Positions 39,377-49,894 are shown, numbered from the stretch's first letter. The stretch: DNA of 64,000 nucleotides from an uncultured Gammaproteobacteria bacterium (GCA_964496095.1 CAZBWU010000005.1:19704-83703), one strand, 5' to 3'. Made by a program: numbers and translations. The notes: generated by a model not told the origin, from the letters alone.

Positions 39377-39925
39377 ATGTCTCACTCTGGTACGGCGCTT
39401 ATCGATCCATACAAAATATTTGAAAGAATTTCATTGTCAGCCGGACAACGGGTGGCTGATTTGGGTTGCGGTCGCACCGGTCATTTTGTTTTTCCAGCAG
39501 TTAAAGTCGTGGGTGATAAGGGTGTGGTCTATGCGGTTGATGTAGTCAAAAATATTTTGGAGAGCATAAAAAGCATGGCGCGAAGCGAAGGTTTTGATAA
39601 TGTGCAGACAGTTTGGTCTGATATTGAGATGCCCGGTAAAACGCCTATTCCTGAGGGGTCACTTGACGCTTGTTTTTATATTAATGTATTATTCCAGCTG
39701 AAAAATAAAGATAGCGCTTTGCAAGAGGCGGTGCGGATGCTCAAAAAAGGTGGGTATCTAGTAGCGGTTGATTGGGCAAGGAAACTAGGGGCGCTAGGTC
39801 CGTCAGAAAACCTAATGCTTAAACCAGACGAGCTGATGCGTTTGGCAAGTAGTCAAGGTTTAAAATTTATCGACAAGATTTTACCAGGCGATTATCATTA
39901 TTCATTAATTTTTGAGAAAATTTAA
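39377..39925 (+). CDS. Class I SAM-dependent methyltransferase
   Basis: VADLGCGRTG, VYAVD, LKKGG.L..VDW. Confidence 0.85.
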   Translation: MSHSGTALIDPYKIFERISLSAGQRVADLGCGRTGHFVFPAVKVVGDKGVVYAVDVVKNILESIKSMARSEGFDNVQTVWSDIEMPGKTPIPEGSLDACFYINVLFQLKNKDSALQEAVRMLKKGGYLVAVDWARKLGALGPSENLMLKPDELMRLASSQGLKFIDKILPGDYHYSLIFEKI

Positions 39926-39935
39926 TTATTCTACT

Positions 39936-40343
39936 ATGAGTTTCGCGAATCTCTTCCACCTAGATTATTGGTTCAGCCAGCCGTTTATCGCCAGAGGCAA
40001 TTCTTTGAAATTAATTGTTGGCGCTTTTTTACTTTTTATCGTAGTAGGTTTGGTTTGTAGAATTCTTTCTCAGTATAAAGAAGAAAAATACAAAAAAATT
40101 ATTTTGAAAAGATTTGGAAATTTGGGAATGACTGTGGGTTTTTTGGGGATGGTCTGGATGTTTTTCCGCCAGGAAGGTGTTATGTATTTATCATATCGTG
40201 TTTGGTTGTTACCCGTAGCTGTCTATGCAGTCTGGTCTCTATATAAAACTTACAAATACATGACTTCTCGAGTTCCTCAAATAAAAGAGGAAGAAGACAG
40301 ACGTGCTAGAATAGAAAAATATTTACCTCATCAAAAAAAATAA
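39936..40343 (+). CDS. Hypothetical three-TM membrane protein
   Basis: Hydrophobic helices and a KYLP C-terminus. Confidence 0.7.
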   Translation: MSFANLFHLDYWFSQPFIARGNSLKLIVGAFLLFIVVGLVCRILSQYKEEKYKKIILKRFGNLGMTVGFLGMVWMFFRQEGVMYLSYRVWLLPVAVYAVWSLYKTYKYMTSRVPQIKEEEDRRARIEKYLPHQKK

Positions 40344-40344
40344 T

Positions 40345-40701
40345 GTGACTCGCCATAATAAAAATTTAGGCGATTGGGGAGAAGAACAAGCCTGTAATTT
40401 TTTAAAACGACACGAATTTAAAATTGTTGAACGGAATTTTCATACAACCATGGGTGAAATTGATATCATCGCTGTCAAAGGCGATGATTATTATTTTATA
40501 GAGGTAAAGACAAGAAAAGATAGAGAGTTGGCCAACGACGATTCTATTACTTATTTCAAGAAATTAAAGCTTCAAAAAACGGTCAGAGCGTATTGTTATG
40601 CGAGAAGTATAAAGGACAAATCCATTATTTTGGCTGGGTTAATTGTAAAAGTAAATGAACTTGAGAAAAAGGCTAGTTTTCGGTTTTGTGTTATCTATTG
40701 A
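40345..40701 (+). CDS. yraN: YraN (UPF0102) family nuclease
   Basis: G.WGE..A, GEIDII, FIEVKTR. Confidence 0.88.
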   Translation: MTRHNKNLGDWGEEQACNFLKRHEFKIVERNFHTTMGEIDIIAVKGDDYYFIEVKTRKDRELANDDSITYFKKLKLQKTVRAYCYARSIKDKSIILAGLIVKVNELEKKASFRFCVIY

Positions 40702-41846
40702 CCCTGTTAAATCCGACTAAGGTCGGTCTGCCGCAAGGCAGGAAATAATCAAGTTAAGCTGGAACCACTTTCTGCATAACTTCGTTAGGGGTTTTATACC
40801 CCAAACACTTCCGTGGTCTGTTATTCAATTTTTCCTGTATCTCATAAATATCTCTATCAGTCAGTTTGTCCAAGTCTGTGCTTCTAGGTAAGTAGTGTCG
40901 TATTAACTTATTAGCATTCTCAACCCCTCCCTTTTGCCACGAGGCAAAAGGATCACAGAAGTATGTTGTAATACCATACTCTTTTTGTATCTCCATATGT
41001 TTGGCACCTTCGGTGCCATTATCAAAGGTAATGGTTTTAAACAATTCACCTGGCAATGATTCGATACTTCTGATTAAAGCATACTTAGTCTCTTCAGCGG
41101 TCTTGTTTATCACCTTATGTATTCGTATTAGTTTAGACTTTCTCTCTGATTGGACTGACAAGATGTTCTTTTGTTTAGAGAAGATAACACTGTCACTTTC
41201 CCAATCGCCATACCTTATTCTAGCACCAACGACCTCTGGTCGTTGGTGAATGGATTTTCGCTCAGGTATGCGTAATTTACCGCTTTTTCTAGTATGCTTT
41301 TTCTGTCTTTTTGTCTTACCTTGCCTTAGGTATTTGTATAACCCTTCATACCGACCGTCCTTGTTATATATGTAATGATAGATACTTTCATGGCTGATGG
41401 TTTGTTTATGACCACTCTCCTTCAAATTACCGGCAATCACATTTGTTTATGACCACTCTCCTTCAACTTACCGGCAATTACATCTGGACTCCATTCTTTT
41501 ACCAACCCCTCAATCACTGTTTGTTTTAACTGTGGGTATTTATCTAACTTACCTCTACGTTGTTTGTGTTGTCTTCTTTCAAACATCCACTGTGCTGTAT
41601 CGGCTCGGTATCTCTTTCTATCACCACTACCATTTTTAGTGATTTCTTTGCTCAACGCACCGTGAGTTCTCCTCATTATTTTGGCTATATCTCGAAGGCT
41701 CATCTTAGTTCTAAGCCAATATTCCAGCATCTGTCTCTCGTAAAACCTAAAGTCATTTGACATATGTACCACCTTTATGGATAAAGCCGTATTTTACCAT
41801 TAGGGTGGTTCTAGTAGTTTAGATTATTGCCAGAATTTAACAGGGT
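40701..41846 (-). mobile_element. IS30-family insertion sequence
   Basis: Perfect 12-bp terminal IR ACCCTGTTAAAT (40701-40712) / ATTTAACAGGGT (41835-41846), flanked by TG direct repeats; contains a DDE transposase. Confidence 0.85.
40754..41772 (-). pseudogene. IS30 transposase split by a 41-bp tandem duplication (frameshift)
   Basis: HTH N-terminal part (41437-41772) plus GDWESD, TFDNGTE, WQKGGVENAN, NNRPRKCLG (40754-41440); IAG.LKESGHKQ occurs twice. Confidence 0.85.
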
Positions 41847-41874
41847 TGACCAATTCTTTGTTTTGTACTAGAAT
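41846..41874 (+). promoter_or_regulatory. ndk promoter at the IS junction
   Basis: TTGACC-17nt-TAGAAT. Confidence 0.6.
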
Positions 41875-41905
41875 TACCCCAATTATATTCTTATTAACTA
41901 ATAAA

Positions 41906-41965
41906 TCCCGATTTTGCTTTGGCAAAGTCGAGGATCCACGACTTTTTCTCGTAAAAAAGTCGGGA
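41906..41965. repeat. Double-hairpin mini-repeat in the ndk 5' UTR
   Basis: TCCCGATTTTGC..GCAAAGTCGAGGA plus TCCACGACTTTTT..AAAAAGTCGGGA. Confidence 0.6.
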
Positions 41966-41981
41966 CTAATCATTTAAGCGT

Positions 41982-42584
41982 ATGACACATCCTTCCAAAG
42001 AAAGAACATTTGTCATCATCAAACCTGACGGCGTTCAACGTGGTCTAGTTGGTGAAATTTTGAAACGCATTGAGCGAGTAGGTTTGAAGGTTAGCGCTCT
42101 CAAAATGGTAGTGCCTACTGAAGAACAATGCTGGACACACTATAACAAAGATGAAGCCTGGTTTTTGAAAAAAGGCGAGCGCACTATTAATGATCGTACC
42201 GCTGCCGGGTTAGTAGTAGACAAAGAACCAATAGAATATGGTAAAGACATTGTCCGTGCTTTGGTAAAATTTATGACTTCTGGACCGGTAGTAGCAATGG
42301 TTTTATCTGGCAATCAAGCCGTAGGAATCATTCAAAAATTAGTTGGTGGCACTGAGCCTCTTACTTCTGATGTTGGTACTATTCGCGGTGATTTTACTTT
42401 GGATTCATACGCTCTCTCCGGTCAAGATGAAAGAGCTGTTAGAAACCTGATCCACTCTTCTGATAAGCCAGAAGAAGCGGAAAGAGAAATAAAAATTTGG
42501 TTCAAACCGGAAGAAATTATCGGCTATCGCCAGTTGAATGAAGAAATTCTCTACGATGTAAATTTGGATGGAATCTTAGAATAA
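41982..42584 (+). CDS. ndk: Nucleoside diphosphate kinase
   Basis: TFVIIKPDGVQRGL, GTIRGDF, NLIHSSD. Confidence 0.95.
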   Translation: MTHPSKERTFVIIKPDGVQRGLVGEILKRIERVGLKVSALKMVVPTEEQCWTHYNKDEAWFLKKGERTINDRTAAGLVVDKEPIEYGKDIVRALVKFMTSGPVVAMVLSGNQAVGIIQKLVGGTEPLTSDVGTIRGDFTLDSYALSGQDERAVRNLIHSSDKPEEAEREIKIWFKPEEIIGYRQLNEEILYDVNLDGILE

Positions 42585-42676
42585 AAAATTATTTAAATTA
42601 TCAACAAGATTGCCCTAAGTAGGGCTTTTTTGTTCGTTGATTTTTGATAGGAATAAATATATAATTAAGCGGGCGG

Positions 42677-42777
42677 TGTCATTCCGACCGAAGTGGAGGA
42701 ATCCCTTAAACACGGTATTTGCAATTACATAGTTTAAGGGATCCCTCGACTCGGGAAAAGCCTCGCTCGGGATGACA
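42677..42777. repeat. TGTCAT...ATGACA palindromic repeat, subtype C, in the gpsA 5' UTR
   Basis: TGTCATTCCGA...GGAATCCCTTAAAC...GTTTAAGGGATCC...CGGGATGACA; matches 53143-53260. Confidence 0.88.
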
Positions 42778-42800
42778 GATGAAAACATTAAATAATTCAT

Positions 42801-43802
42801 ATGTCAAAAAAAGAACAAGTAGCAATTCTGGGAGCGGGCAATATGGGCACGGCCTTGGCGCAGGTGGTTGCTTCTAATGGCTTTGTCGTTAAGCTTTGGA
42901 ATCACGCCGGAGATTTGGAGCCATTACAGCAAATTACAGAGACTAGAGAAAATCAAAAATATCTTCCTGGCATAAAATTATCTGCTAATATAGAGAGTGA
43001 GGCGGATATTGAAAAGGCGCTTTTTGGGGCAGATGTGGTATTTGTAGTTGTACCGAGTGTGTTTGTACAAAAGATTATTAAAAGTGGAGCGTCGTATATT
43101 TCTAAAAAAGCAATTTGTGTGGATGTTTCCAAGGGCTTGGATTTTACAGATAAATCTTATGCGCTTACAACTGATGTCTTGCAAAAATTATTGCCAAAAA
43201 ATAAAATCGCTTCTATTTCCGGTCCGGCTATTGCTGGACAGATGGCCTTGGGTAAGTTTACCGCCATGAATGTTGTTTCAAAAGATAAAAACGTCATTAA
43301 GGTTATTAAAAAAATAATAGAAAATAAAAACTTAAGATTGATACCGACTAGCGACATAATAGGAGTAGAAACATCTGGGTCTTTCAAAAATGTCTATGCC
43401 ATTGCCTTGGGTATGTGTGATGGTATGCAAATTACAACTAATACCAAAGCAGTGCTATTTACAGTTGCTTTGCGCGAGATGGCGCAACTGGTTAAAAAAA
43501 TGGGTGGCAAATCTGAAACAGTCTATGGTTTGGCTGGGCTGGGTGATTTGTTTGGTACTGGACTGGCCACAGTTAGTCGTAATCGAAAATTTGGTGAGTT
43601 TGTCGGTAGCGGTCTAAACACCGAACATGCTTTGGCTAAAGTCGGACAAGTGGTAGAAGGCGTGCCGGCCACCAAAGCTTTGCACCATTTGTCTAAAAAA
43701 TTTAAATTAAAAATGCCGTTAGCTAGTTTGGTTTATAAAATTGTTTATGAACAATCTAATCCTCAGGCAGAAATAGAAGACTTTTTAAATAATTTAGAGT
43801 AA
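42801..43802 (+). CDS. gpsA: NAD(P)H-dependent glycerol-3-phosphate dehydrogenase
   Basis: GAGNMGTALA, SKG, KNVYAI, GLAGLGDL, SRN. Confidence 0.93.
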   Translation: MSKKEQVAILGAGNMGTALAQVVASNGFVVKLWNHAGDLEPLQQITETRENQKYLPGIKLSANIESEADIEKALFGADVVFVVVPSVFVQKIIKSGASYISKKAICVDVSKGLDFTDKSYALTTDVLQKLLPKNKIASISGPAIAGQMALGKFTAMNVVSKDKNVIKVIKKIIENKNLRLIPTSDIIGVETSGSFKNVYAIALGMCDGMQITTNTKAVLFTVALREMAQLVKKMGGKSETVYGLAGLGDLFGTGLATVSRNRKFGEFVGSGLNTEHALAKVGQVVEGVPATKALHHLSKKFKLKMPLASLVYKIVYEQSNPQAEIEDFLNNLE

Positions 43803-43823
43803 GTACGTTATTTATATAACCTC

Positions 43824-45560
43824 ATGCCTCAACATAAAGACAAAGATACTGACAAATCACTTCGTATAATTTCTGTTCTAACTTTGCTAGGGGCTTTTAT
43901 TATAATCGGCCGTCTTTTTGTATTGCAGATTTTTGATCATTCATATTATACAGCCATGGCGCTTAGTAATCATGAGATCTATAAGCAGCTTTATCCGCAT
44001 CGGGGCAGTATTTTTTTGCAAGACACTCGTACGAGTGGCAAAGAATATCCGGTTGCCGTTAATCGTGAGTATTATTCTTTGTATGCTGTACCTCGGGATG
44101 TGCCAGATGACCAGGTTGGCGCTATAGCTGATTTTATTTCCAAAATGCTTGGTTATTCGGATGTAGAAAAAACCAATTTGATTGCCAAACTTTCAAAGAA
44201 AAATGATCCGTACGAACCGATTGCCAAAAAAATTTCAGATGAATTTAAAGATAAAATAGACGCGCAAAAATTTGTTGGTATCTATACTACTGGTCAAGAA
44301 TTTCGCTATTATCCAGAGGCGAGTCTGGCAGCCAGTGTTTTGGGTTTTACAAGTCAGAACGAAAAAGGGCAATTGGTAGGTCGTTATGGTATAGAAGGTT
44401 TTTTGGATAATGTGTTGACTGGTCGTAGTGGTTTTTTGGCGGGAGAGAAAGGAGCTCTTGGAAGCATTATTCCGATGGCGGACAGGACAGTTAAGCAAGC
44501 CGAAGATGGAGCGAATTTACTTTTGACCATAGATAGAAATTTACAATACAAAGCCTGTGAAAGATTAAGGCAGGGCTTTGATCAGTATCAAGCCAAGAGT
44601 GCCTCTCTAATTTTGATGGATCCAAAAACCGGCGCCATTTTGGCTATGTGTAGTTTACCGGATTTTAACCCCAATGATTTGTCTGGTGTTAAAGATGTCA
44701 GTGTTTTTAATAATACAAATATTTTTACTGCCTATGAGCCTGGTTCGGTTTTCAAACCGATTACGATGGCGACTGGTTTAGATTTGGGTTTGGTTTCACC
44801 ATTTACCACCTATATTGATACTGGTGAGAAAATAATTAAAGGCAGTAAACCTATTCATAATGCCCTGAATAAAGTTTATGGTCTGGCGACGATGACAAAT
44901 GTTTTGGAAAATTCTATCAATACCGGCATGATTTTTGTGGTAGAAAAAATTGGCAGAGAAACGTTTAAAGAGTATGTAGAAAAATTTGGGTTTGGACAGA
45001 AAACGGGAATTAATTTGGACACTGAAGTATCTGGTGAGATTGATTCGCTTAGCAAAAAATCTCCAATTTATATAGCTAATGGTTCTTTTGGTCAAGGTTT
45101 AACGGCGACGCCTTTACAGGTGGCAACAGCGTATGCGGGTTTAGCAAATGGAGGAAAAATGCCAACACCCTTTATAGTGGATGAAATTCGCCATGTTAAT
45201 GGCCAAATAGACAAAACCGAACCGGAAACTAAGCTTGTAATTTCTCCAAATACTGCTAAACTTATCACAGCTATGTTAATTTCAGTGGTAGAGAAAACAT
45301 ATCATAAAGCAGTTGGTTTGAAAGATTATTATATTGCTGGCAAAACTGGCACTGCCCAAATCGCATCTAAAGGTGGTTATGATGCCGATAAAACTAATCA
45401 TACTTTTGTTGGATTTTTTCCAGCCACAGATCCGAAATTCGTCCTACTAGTAAAATACGAAGAGCCACAACGAAACTGGGCAGAATCAACCGCTGCGCCG
45501 GTCTTCAAAGATGTTGCGCAGTTTGTTTTGGAATATCGAGGTGTTCCTGGAGATAAATAA
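43824..45560 (+). CDS. Class B penicillin-binding protein (FtsI/PBP2)
   Basis: RGSI, YEPGSVFK (SxxK), SIN, GKTGTAQ. Confidence 0.9.
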   Translation: MPQHKDKDTDKSLRIISVLTLLGAFIIIGRLFVLQIFDHSYYTAMALSNHEIYKQLYPHRGSIFLQDTRTSGKEYPVAVNREYYSLYAVPRDVPDDQVGAIADFISKMLGYSDVEKTNLIAKLSKKNDPYEPIAKKISDEFKDKIDAQKFVGIYTTGQEFRYYPEASLAASVLGFTSQNEKGQLVGRYGIEGFLDNVLTGRSGFLAGEKGALGSIIPMADRTVKQAEDGANLLLTIDRNLQYKACERLRQGFDQYQAKSASLILMDPKTGAILAMCSLPDFNPNDLSGVKDVSVFNNTNIFTAYEPGSVFKPITMATGLDLGLVSPFTTYIDTGEKIIKGSKPIHNALNKVYGLATMTNVLENSINTGMIFVVEKIGRETFKEYVEKFGFGQKTGINLDTEVSGEIDSLSKKSPIYIANGSFGQGLTATPLQVATAYAGLANGGKMPTPFIVDEIRHVNGQIDKTEPETKLVISPNTAKLITAMLISVVEKTYHKAVGLKDYYIAGKTGTAQIASKGGYDADKTNHTFVGFFPATDPKFVLLVKYEEPQRNWAESTAAPVFKDVAQFVLEYRGVPGDK

Positions 45561-45583
45561 TTTTTTATTTTTATTTAAGTCAT

Positions 45584-46657
45584 ATGGAAAATTTAGAGTC
45601 AAGCCAAGCCCAAGATGTAATAGAGCCCGAGGTTAAGGTGTCGGTGCAAAAACCACAAAAAACTTGGATAATTATTTTGGTTCTGCTATTTCTAGGAGTT
45701 GTTGGCGCAGGTAGTGTCTTGGCTTATAATAAATATACGGATTCCGTAGAAACTAAAATAAAAAAATCCTTTGCAAAAATGTCAGAAATTAACTCATTTG
45801 TCTATGAAGGATCGGTTAACCTTGATGTTTCCAAGTCAGAGTATAAAAATTATCTAAATACAGGCGATGGTAGTGTAAATAATGTTGAAATCAGTTTTAG
45901 CGGAGCGCAAGAAAATTTTGGCAAAGCCAATGAAAAAAATAAGTTCTCTTTTTTAATTAAAACCTTGCCAGGGGATAGTGGCATGTCTCTTGGGTTTGAT
46001 ACGATTTTGCAAGATAAAAGATTTTACGCTAGGTTATCTGGCACCAAAAATTTGCCACTTGATGTTGGTCAGTATAAAGACAAATGGATAAAAGTAGATT
46101 TAGACAATTATTTAGATGCGCTAGGATTAAAAACTGCTGTTTTAGCCACGGGGACGACCTCTGGTAATATCGAAACCTTAGATGACATTAACAATAAAAA
46201 AGTTGAAGAAATGATTTTAAGTGCTGACTTATTAAAGGTAAATAATAAATCCACCCGAAAAATCGATGGTCTCTCATATATTGTTTATAACGTTACGGTT
46301 CAAAAAGAAAATCTAAAAAAATTAGTTTTAGATATTTTTGTGTTTGAAAATAAACGCATTACCGAAAAGCAGTTGGCTTCATTTGAAAAGGGTATGGAGT
46401 CGGTTAAAGATGTCACTGGAGAAATTTGGATTGGTAAAAAAGACAGTCTCATTTATAAGTTAAATTTTAATATAACTGGTAACGACGGATCCAAAGCATT
46501 GTTTAGACTATCCTTTAAAGATTTTGATAATAAAATGGTGATAGATGAACCTGCCAACTTCATTCCTTTGGAAGAATTACTTAAAGAGTTATTTAGTGGC
46601 TTAGGCTTGTCGTCTACCTCCTCAGCATCTCTATTTAATCCTGGCAGTAATTTATAA
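45584..46657 (+). CDS. Membrane-anchored hypothetical protein (LppX/LolA-like, inferred); paralog of the next gene
   Basis: TM helix, then KWIKVD and GEIWIGKKD. Confidence 0.7.
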   Translation: MENLESSQAQDVIEPEVKVSVQKPQKTWIIILVLLFLGVVGAGSVLAYNKYTDSVETKIKKSFAKMSEINSFVYEGSVNLDVSKSEYKNYLNTGDGSVNNVEISFSGAQENFGKANEKNKFSFLIKTLPGDSGMSLGFDTILQDKRFYARLSGTKNLPLDVGQYKDKWIKVDLDNYLDALGLKTAVLATGTTSGNIETLDDINNKKVEEMILSADLLKVNNKSTRKIDGLSYIVYNVTVQKENLKKLVLDIFVFENKRITEKQLASFEKGMESVKDVTGEIWIGKKDSLIYKLNFNITGNDGSKALFRLSFKDFDNKMVIDEPANFIPLEELLKELFSGLGLSSTSSASLFNPGSNL

Positions 46658-46689
46658 TATAAATTTTAAATAATTCATAACACGAAAAT

Positions 46690-47709
46690 ATGTTGCGTAA
46701 AATTTTATCTATGCGGAGTTTAGTTTTTTTATTTGTGGCGACTGGAGTTTTAGTTGGTACGAGTGCGCAAGCTCTTGTTATGACTCGTGAGCAGAAAGTT
46801 TGGACTGCTCTGTCAAAATTAGAAGAAATCCAATCTGTTTCATTTGATGGATCGGTCAATTATTTTGGCAAAGTGAATACAAAATATAAAGACCTTTTGT
46901 TGGAGACTGTTCCCAGTAAAAAATCTGTTGCTAACTATGAAAGTTTAACAGTTGAGTTTAAAGGAGGCAGGCAAACTTTTACACCCACAGAGAGCCAATC
47001 TTGGGTTGCTTTTTCTGCTAGATCTGCCGATAAGAAGGCGCCAGCTATGGGTATAGAACTAAGATCAGTGGGTGGCAATAACTTTGCGGCTCTAACCACT
47101 CTCGATAATATGCCTGCAGGTGTAGACACCTACAAGTACATATGGGTCAAATTAGATTTTAAATCCCTATTAAAGGGCTTTGACCTTGATGCTATATTAG
47201 ATAAGGAATCCGTAGCACAAGATATATATAATAAAGAGGAGCTCAAAAATACCAGGGACTTGATTTTAAAATCAAAAATTCTAAACATTAGAAGCGTTTC
47301 TGTAAAAAAATTAAACGGCCTTTCATTTGATGTTTATAATTTTTCTGTTAATCAGAAGAATTTAAAAAACCTCATCGCCGTCAGCATGGCTTTAAACGGT
47401 CGGATGCTTGCTACGCAAGAGCTTGCTACATTAAACAAAGAAATGACAGATGCCAAATCTGTTTCAGGACAGATCTGGATTGGCAAAAAAGACGGCTACC
47501 CATATCGTTTAAGCATGAATATAATTGGTAATCAGCCCAAAGAAAAAACATCTATAAATTTAAACTTTAAAAACTTTAATCAGCCCGTCACTGTCTCTGA
47601 ACCAACTTCATATATCACTACACAAGAATTGATGAATAAACTTTTTCCTGGCTTGTCTCAGTTCTTAACTAATACCAGCACCACTACGACTGTGCCGGCA
47701 ATGTGGTAA
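46690..47709 (+). CDS. Secreted hypothetical protein; paralog of the previous gene
   Basis: Signal peptide (SAQA), IWVKLD, GQIWIGKKD. Confidence 0.7.
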   Translation: MLRKILSMRSLVFLFVATGVLVGTSAQALVMTREQKVWTALSKLEEIQSVSFDGSVNYFGKVNTKYKDLLLETVPSKKSVANYESLTVEFKGGRQTFTPTESQSWVAFSARSADKKAPAMGIELRSVGGNNFAALTTLDNMPAGVDTYKYIWVKLDFKSLLKGFDLDAILDKESVAQDIYNKEELKNTRDLILKSKILNIRSVSVKKLNGLSFDVYNFSVNQKNLKNLIAVSMALNGRMLATQELATLNKEMTDAKSVSGQIWIGKKDGYPYRLSMNIIGNQPKEKTSINLNFKNFNQPVTVSEPTSYITTQELMNKLFPGLSQFLTNTSTTTTVPAMW

Positions 47710-47720
47710 ATAAAGTAATT

Positions 47721-49016
47721 ATGTTAAAAAATCTTATCCAAACAATTATTAGAGATTTGGCCAAAAGAATCTTGGCCAAGTATAAACCCGATGTGATTGG
47801 TATTACGGGTTCGGTTGGTAAGACTTCCAGCAAAGAAGCCATTGCTTATGTTTTGCAGAGTAAATTTTCTGTGCGTCGCACTCTCAAAAATTATAACAAT
47901 GAAATTGGTCTGCCCCTCACAATTTTCGGCATAGAAAAATCTCCAGGGAAATCAATTCTTGGTTGGTTGGGAGTAATTTGGAAAGCCAAAAAATTACTTT
48001 TAGCTAGAGATAATAATTATCCGGAAGTTTTGGTTTTAGAAATGGGTGCTGATAAGCCAGGGGATATAGAGTATCTAACCGAGATTGCGCCGTGTAAAGT
48101 CGGCGTGCTGACTTTTATTTCTCACGCTCATACTGAATTTTTCAAAACCATTAAAAAAATCTCACAAGAAAAAAGAATTATTATCTCTCATCTTAAACAG
48201 GATGGTTTTGCCGTGATGAATTTTGACAATGAAATGGTTATGCAAAATATCGGTGCGACCAAAGCCGAAGTTCTTACCTATGGTTTCAAAGACGGGGCTG
48301 ATTTGCGAGCAACAGATGTAAACCTAATCAAAGACGCTCAGACCGGCTGGCCATCAGGCTTGAATTTTAAAGTTCTATACAAAGGCAATGTGGTGCCGGT
48401 ATTTTTGCCAGGTGTAATTTCTAAGTCTTCTATTTCGGCAGCTTTAGCCGGGTTGGCTGTTGGTACTATTTTTGGGGTAAATCTGGTAGAGGGGTCTCAA
48501 GCGCTTAGTAAGTTACAGCGTCTTCCTGGCCGTATGCGCCTCATTGAGGGTGTTAAGCACACGCTGGTGGTAGATGACTCGTATAGTTCTAGTCCAGAGG
48601 CAGCCAAGACCGCTCTAGAGGCTCTAGTGCAGATTGAGGTCAGACCGGAGTCTCGTCGTTATGCGGTTTTGGGTGATATGTTAGAGTTAGGTACAGAGAC
48701 CGAAAACGCCCATCGTGAGCTCGGTTTTAAAGTCGCTGAATTAGGGCTTGATTTTCTTATTACTGTCGGCGAGGCGGCCAAGCATATTGCTCAAGCTGCC
48801 AAAGAAGCGGGGATGGAAGAAAATAAGATCGCCTCTTTTGCTAACGGTGGTGAAGCGGGCAGATTTTTGCAAGAAAAAATAAAAGAGGGGGATTTAGTTC
48901 TTGTTAAAGGTTCTCAAGGTATTCGTTTAGAGAGAGTGGTTAAAGAAATAATGGCCGAACCTTTGCAAGCTTCCAACCTTTTGTGTCGTCAAGAACAGTC
49001 TTGGCTTGAAAAATAA
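47721..49016 (+). CDS. murF: UDP-MurNAc-tripeptide-D-Ala-D-Ala ligase
   Basis: GITGSVGKTS, NNEIGLP, LEMG, LGDMLELG, VKGSQ. Confidence 0.93.
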   Translation: MLKNLIQTIIRDLAKRILAKYKPDVIGITGSVGKTSSKEAIAYVLQSKFSVRRTLKNYNNEIGLPLTIFGIEKSPGKSILGWLGVIWKAKKLLLARDNNYPEVLVLEMGADKPGDIEYLTEIAPCKVGVLTFISHAHTEFFKTIKKISQEKRIIISHLKQDGFAVMNFDNEMVMQNIGATKAEVLTYGFKDGADLRATDVNLIKDAQTGWPSGLNFKVLYKGNVVPVFLPGVISKSSISAALAGLAVGTIFGVNLVEGSQALSKLQRLPGRMRLIEGVKHTLVVDDSYSSSPEAAKTALEALVQIEVRPESRRYAVLGDMLELGTETENAHRELGFKVAELGLDFLITVGEAAKHIAQAAKEAGMEENKIASFANGGEAGRFLQEKIKEGDLVLVKGSQGIRLERVVKEIMAEPLQASNLLCRQEQSWLEK

Positions 49017-49021
49017 TAAGT

Positions 49022-49894
49022 ATGCCAGAATTACCAGAGGTAGAAACGATTAGACAAGATTTGATTAAAGTTCTTGTTGGGAGAAGGATTGTTGATGTTG
49101 AAATTATAAATAAAAAAGCAATCAAAAGTAGTCCGACAAGTTTTAAAAAATTATTACTAAATAAAAAAATAAAAAACATAGATCGGATTGGCAAGCTCAT
49201 GATGATAGATTTGGAAGGTAAAGATTTTTTGTTAGTACACTTAAAGATGACCGGTCAGTTAATCTATCGTCGCAAAGATAAGATTATAGAAGGAGGCCAC
49301 AGTCTGTCAGTTGCGCTCACTCGAGATTTTCCGCCAAAGTATACTTGGGTGATTTGGAGTTTTGATGATGGCGCCAAACTTTGTTTTAGTGATATGCGCA
49401 AGTTTGGTTATCTCAAAATTGTTGATGCTAGAGCTAAAGATAAAATTGTAGCGAAGTATGGTCCAGAACCGTTAACCAAAAATTTTACCTATCTTAATTT
49501 TATTAAGGCTTTAGGCAAAAGAACGGCACCGATAAAATCATTATTACTTAATCAAGCGCTGATTGCGGGGATTGGTAATATCTATGCTGATGAAGCTTGT
49601 TTTGAAGCCAAAATATTTCCGGGCACGCCCGCCAACAAATTAACTGAACCAGAAAAGAAAAATTTGTTTACGGCTATAAATTTTATTCTCAAAAAAGCAA
49701 TCAAACATAAGGGAACTACTTTTAAAGATTATCTTAGTCCGCATGGTAAAAAAGGAAACTTCTCGGATTTCTTGCAAGTCTATAAAAGGGATAAGCAGAA
49801 ATGTTTCCGTTGTGAGAAGGGTGTTATTGCCAACAAAAAAATCGGCGGTCGCAGTTCTCGGTATTGTCCGGTGTGTCAAAAAATGTTAAAGTAG
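49022..49894 (+). CDS. mutM: Formamidopyrimidine-DNA glycosylase
   Basis: MPELPEVE, HLKMTG, GIGNIYADE, C-terminal zinc finger. Confidence 0.96.
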   Translation: MPELPEVETIRQDLIKVLVGRRIVDVEIINKKAIKSSPTSFKKLLLNKKIKNIDRIGKLMMIDLEGKDFLLVHLKMTGQLIYRRKDKIIEGGHSLSVALTRDFPPKYTWVIWSFDDGAKLCFSDMRKFGYLKIVDARAKDKIVAKYGPEPLTKNFTYLNFIKALGKRTAPIKSLLLNQALIAGIGNIYADEACFEAKIFPGTPANKLTEPEKKNLFTAINFILKKAIKHKGTTFKDYLSPHGKKGNFSDFLQVYKRDKQKCFRCEKGVIANKKIGGRSSRYCPVCQKMLK

